In this document: positions 35,101 to 37,255 of the stretch, one piece after another
How positions within the stretch are numbered: position 1 is the first letter of the stretch
How the letters are laid out: every line of letters begins with the position of its first letter
Origin: a virus
Taxonomy: Duplodnaviria > Caudoviricetes
Virus record (IMG/VR): IMGVR_UViG_3300007523_000028
Location: 1-37,255 of that record
Length of the DNA stretch: 37,255 nt
Strand: one strand, 5' to 3'
Notes under the pieces: generated by a model
What the model was told of the DNA's origin: nothing
Seen by the model: only the letters and a program-made list of their open reading frames with translations
Database searches by the model: none
Translations under genes and position numbers: made by a program

Positions 35101-37255
35101 GGTGGGTTGATTAATAACCACGCCGGTTGGGAAGAATTTAAAGTAAGTGGTAACACTGAGATTGGTACTACATTCACAAACGAATTAATTAGTACCGTTG
35201 ATGATGTTAATGGACTTACAAAACTAACGGAAACATATGATTATGAATATGCACCGTTATTGGACTATAGAATTTTTACAGATACCGATGGTATACAAAA
35301 AATCGCTATTGTACCTTATGTTTATAATATACAATTATATAGTGCATCGGGTTCACCTTTAACATACACACCTGTTGATTTTGATTGTTTAGATCCAAGT
35401 ACGTTTGATTTTTATTTCGATTCAGTTTACCTAACAGGGACAACAAAATGTGATCCTAAAGTTAAGGTTTATGGTGATGGTACAATGTATACATTACCTG
35501 AAGATCCTGACAATTGTGAATTAATGTCGAATGTTTACTTTGAAGTTTCAGGTATTACATTTGGAAATGAGGATACTGTTGACGACGGTGATATATGTTC
35601 TGATTGTCCACCATACAATACCGATTGGCCGGTTAATATATTCATTAATTGTGTTGGTGATTATAATGAAGGTATCTCAGGGTTAACACATACCCATCAT
35701 AGTGCAACACCAAACTACACGGTTGAATATGTGTCGGGTTGTACGTTTATGGTAAGAAATGTAAGGGAGTATGACGTTATTGACATCTCAATCACGGACG
35801 CTGCGAACTGTGATCAAAAAGTAAGAATCGAAGGGTTACAACAAAAATTAGAATGGGACCCAATTAATAATGACATTACAGAACCAAAAAGTCATTTTGT
35901 TGAATATTCTGTGGAATCTTTTTTACCGGGGGAATACCCTGATAATGGTTCTGTGGCAATAGAAACTCAAAGTGGTATAACATATTGTGACAATTATCTT
36001 GGGTATACTATACAACCTAAAGTACAGTATCGACCAACATTTGATTACGGGGTAAAACAAGATAGTAAAGTTTTAGAAATTACCGATGGTACGGTAGTTA
36101 TATCTGCAACAACAACGTGGGAGAACATACAAACATGGATTAATAATGGTAGTATAGTACACACCAACGCACAGGACATAAGTGATGGTGATAGGTTATT
36201 ATCGGGTGAATTTTTAACATGTCCATTCGGTTCTGAAGATTTTAGAGACTCAGTAATAAACGGGTTCTCCTTTGGTCAGAATTATGTAGAAGTTACGGTG
36301 GACAATGTGGATTGTTTAGGTACCATTAAGATGGATGTTATTAACGACCGTTTTAGAATCCTACCAAATACGAAAGTAAGGGTATTAACTAAAACAAGTG
36401 GTCAGTGGGAATTCACTGAAAAATATCCTGAAGAGTTATTTGTAAGACCATTAGATCAAGTTGTTGATCCATGTTGTACATATGATAAAGATTACTTTAT
36501 AAAAGGTGATTACCTTATAAATGAATTAGGTTTCCCAATTGAAGTAACGAGTTTAAACTTAGAATATTGTGAACGTGAATTATTTTATCATTTAACACTT
36601 AACCAAGTAGGTGAAGTGGCATACCCCCAAGTTATTTTATATAATGGGGATGTTAATGATTGTATCTTAGTTCAGTACCCACAACAAACTTTTGAAGATT
36701 TATCATTAAGTTCACAACAATACTTCCAAGATCAATTAGATTGTGCTGTCATACCCACAATTGAGGATATAAACCGACCAATTTACGATGAGGGTTGTGA
36801 TGAATTTGTGGGGGTCTTATTAAGACATCAAACCACAAATATAGAGGTAATTGCTACTTATAATGCATCATATGAAATCGGTGACATTGTGAGTATAGTG
36901 TCCATGGGTGGAAGTGAACCTGATGGTTGTTATGTAATCATAGCATATGTATTCCAAGGAACGGTAGAATATAACATAAATGATTTATGTGTTTCACCTA
37001 CGTCAACACCTCAACCATCACCTAACCCAACAAGTACACCACAAACATCATCAATACCAACACCTACCCCATCACCTTCGGGTAGTCCTACACCAGAACC
37101 GAGTCCATCACCATCACCAAGTGTGACTGCAAGTCCTACCCCATCACCTTCGGGTAGTCCTACACCAGAACCGAGCCCATCACCATCACCAAGTGTGACT
37201 GAGAGTCCAACACCCACACCAACACCGACACTGAATTGTGATTTCGATGTCGATA
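32164..37255 (+). CDS. Giant baseplate wedge protein (gp7 / P2 gpI-like N-terminal half) with Cys-rich region, degenerate Hint-like domain and Pro/Ser/Thr linker; 3'-partial
   Basis: Not in the ORF track because it has no stop in the window. ATG at 32164 (MAKRKVPSQ); frame open for at least 1697 codons. Motifs [43 protein letters not shown] and VEQFIPATT are typical of gpI/gp7-type wedge proteins. Confidence 0.8.
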   Translation, partial: MAKRKVPSQAASGRETFNDNLVGNQITDGTSQLTSTNFSLDKSIPQRDRKSFQSKPFSEYLTFEDIKEEEPIESGVSTITTQRRKDKVKFRNSNEEGSKSLFGSLKQRLQVSVSRIISKFPAGFYIDKETPTASTLFTALNSTYNQKTNVTSFQVENSKIFNPLDVVLVKPKSNTLPETTNIIKNFYDSYKRYELDINSVSYQVISYTEVNLSGLVSLTVKGSPFGTSPTYSDSFLIRPNNSVVEEFFEGLDDLEAVLLNRESKIKYTAKFRAPQDSLDGSKTELKTNEVSWPLYRDKWNLKISGSAYVSYVEELSSLGDRIDDYKSNVVSRFLTTASLSEFDTEDRRMDSATQLLGHSFDQVKKFIDNIAYMRNVSYDRINNLPDVLLKNLSNTLGLDTLNLFDEKNLQDSLYTRVDSQYDGVSLGMNMVEAETEFYRRLVINLSHIYKSKGTRKAIEFFLRFIGAPEPLININEYVYRYDQVKKTTADIDSDVYDLIQGDKTFKVALLTVSTVEGLKTDVTAQTSGFSYNSVTTTGSTLFSEGEYPVSLVSNKGQYGDAKGIESEKQDVFFQKGAGWYDITLNHRSSTELDDENSNLFSNPKVIKTKNKDFTYGEDYFDLYKQFSGLDYGYELHNAVDNNKTELLEDEDSKIFNRKNIQIYLSSSQGVDNDIYRQSRELKVSFGRATLEPQTGFTFAEYTEHVLNEQIRNTHIIRYKNNYIQLEDIYEGYLLKVPNPYSLPTVSEFINRMSPYWTQVVEQFIPATTLWTGGNIIENSRIGRSKFEYEKPCLPNEFTQNLFPEFENVIEEDLETILGDPDLFRGLTVVSGVTYTLHIDFNGLTFTGDTDVTISGETLTVTGTTCDEIVVNHDHAGLYDPYEITSTCTDIENVFFDNEGCAQTVEFIEFSGITTLSQESITSGGTQFDKTVHLPLLCDFKCYLKPQLEILECLWIDEIKDIIDNQVNKTYYKKTKYTGHGGLINNHAGWEEFKVSGNTEIGTTFTNELISTVDDVNGLTKLTETYDYEYAPLLDYRIFTDTDGIQKIAIVPYVYNIQLYSASGSPLTYTPVDFDCLDPSTFDFYFDSVYLTGTTKCDPKVKVYGDGTMYTLPEDPDNCELMSNVYFEVSGITFGNEDTVDDGDICSDCPPYNTDWPVNIFINCVGDYNEGISGLTHTHHSATPNYTVEYVSGCTFMVRNVREYDVIDISITDAANCDQKVRIEGLQQKLEWDPINNDITEPKSHFVEYSVESFLPGEYPDNGSVAIETQSGITYCDNYLGYTIQPKVQYRPTFDYGVKQDSKVLEITDGTVVISATTTWENIQTWINNGSIVHTNAQDISDGDRLLSGEFLTCPFGSEDFRDSVINGFSFGQNYVEVTVDNVDCLGTIKMDVINDRFRILPNTKVRVLTKTSGQWEFTEKYPEELFVRPLDQVVDPCCTYDKDYFIKGDYLINELGFPIEVTSLNLEYCERELFYHLTLNQVGEVAYPQVILYNGDVNDCILVQYPQQTFEDLSLSSQQYFQDQLDCAVIPTIEDINRPIYDEGCDEFVGVLLRHQTTNIEVIATYNASYEIGDIVSIVSMGGSEPDGCYVIIAYVFQGTVEYNINDLCVSPTSTPQPSPNPTSTPQTSSIPTPTPSPSGSPTPEPSPSPSPSVTASPTPSPSGSPTPEPSPSPSPSVTESPTPTPTPTLNCDFDVD
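37063..37206 (+). repeat. Two-copy 72-bp in-frame tandem repeat encoding [22 protein letters not shown](A/E)S
   Basis: Copies at 37063-37134 and 37135-37206 differ at 3 nt. Embedded in a longer P/S/T tract (about 36994-37230). Confidence 0.9.

Noticed and set aside
164-37217. Many short minus-strand and alternate-frame ORFs (60-119 aa) in the ORF track
   Set aside because: All are nested within long + strand genes and have no recognisable motifs. They are expected shadow ORFs (e.g. 37011-37217 is the antisense of the P/S/T repeat).
1-37255. CRISPR array, tRNA/rRNA genes, integrase/transposase, reverse transcriptase or DGR
   Set aside because: Intergenic gaps are all short (about 115 nt or less). 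I saw no spaced repeats, RT or recombinase motifs, or template/variable repeat pair.

Overview
This is an AT-rich, gene-dense segment with every credible gene on the + strand, from a large contractile-tailed (myovirus-like) phage. It uses the standard genetic code. A Bacteroidota host is inferred, not shown, from leaders that mostly lack Shine-Dalgarno sites and from a TTG..TAnnTTT promoter-like site. Gene order: end of a probable tape-measure gene, a giant tail-tube-initiator-like protein, a gp53/LysM-like protein, a giant baseplate-hub-like protein, and three small genes including a Dps/ferritin-like one. Then comes an insulated replication cassette (SSB, RecA/UvsX, 5'-3' exonuclease, hypothetical, DnaB-like helicase, nrdB, nrdA), followed by gp25, gp6/J, five further putative virion genes and a >1697-aa wedge-like ORF. 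That last ORF runs off the window and is missing from the supplied ORF track. Most notable observations: (1) a GC-rich multi-stem element with alternative pairings between ssb and recA (candidate cis-regulatory RNA); (2) a degenerate, apparently catalytically dead Hint/intein-like domain in the Cys-rich half of the last ORF; (3) an OmpA-like peptidoglycan-binding domain inserted into a split tube-initiator domain; (4) a TATTTAT motif in front of five structural transcription units; (5) a recurring [S/T]-G-x-T motif in the distal virion proteins. All domain calls come from motif recognition by eye; no searches were run.
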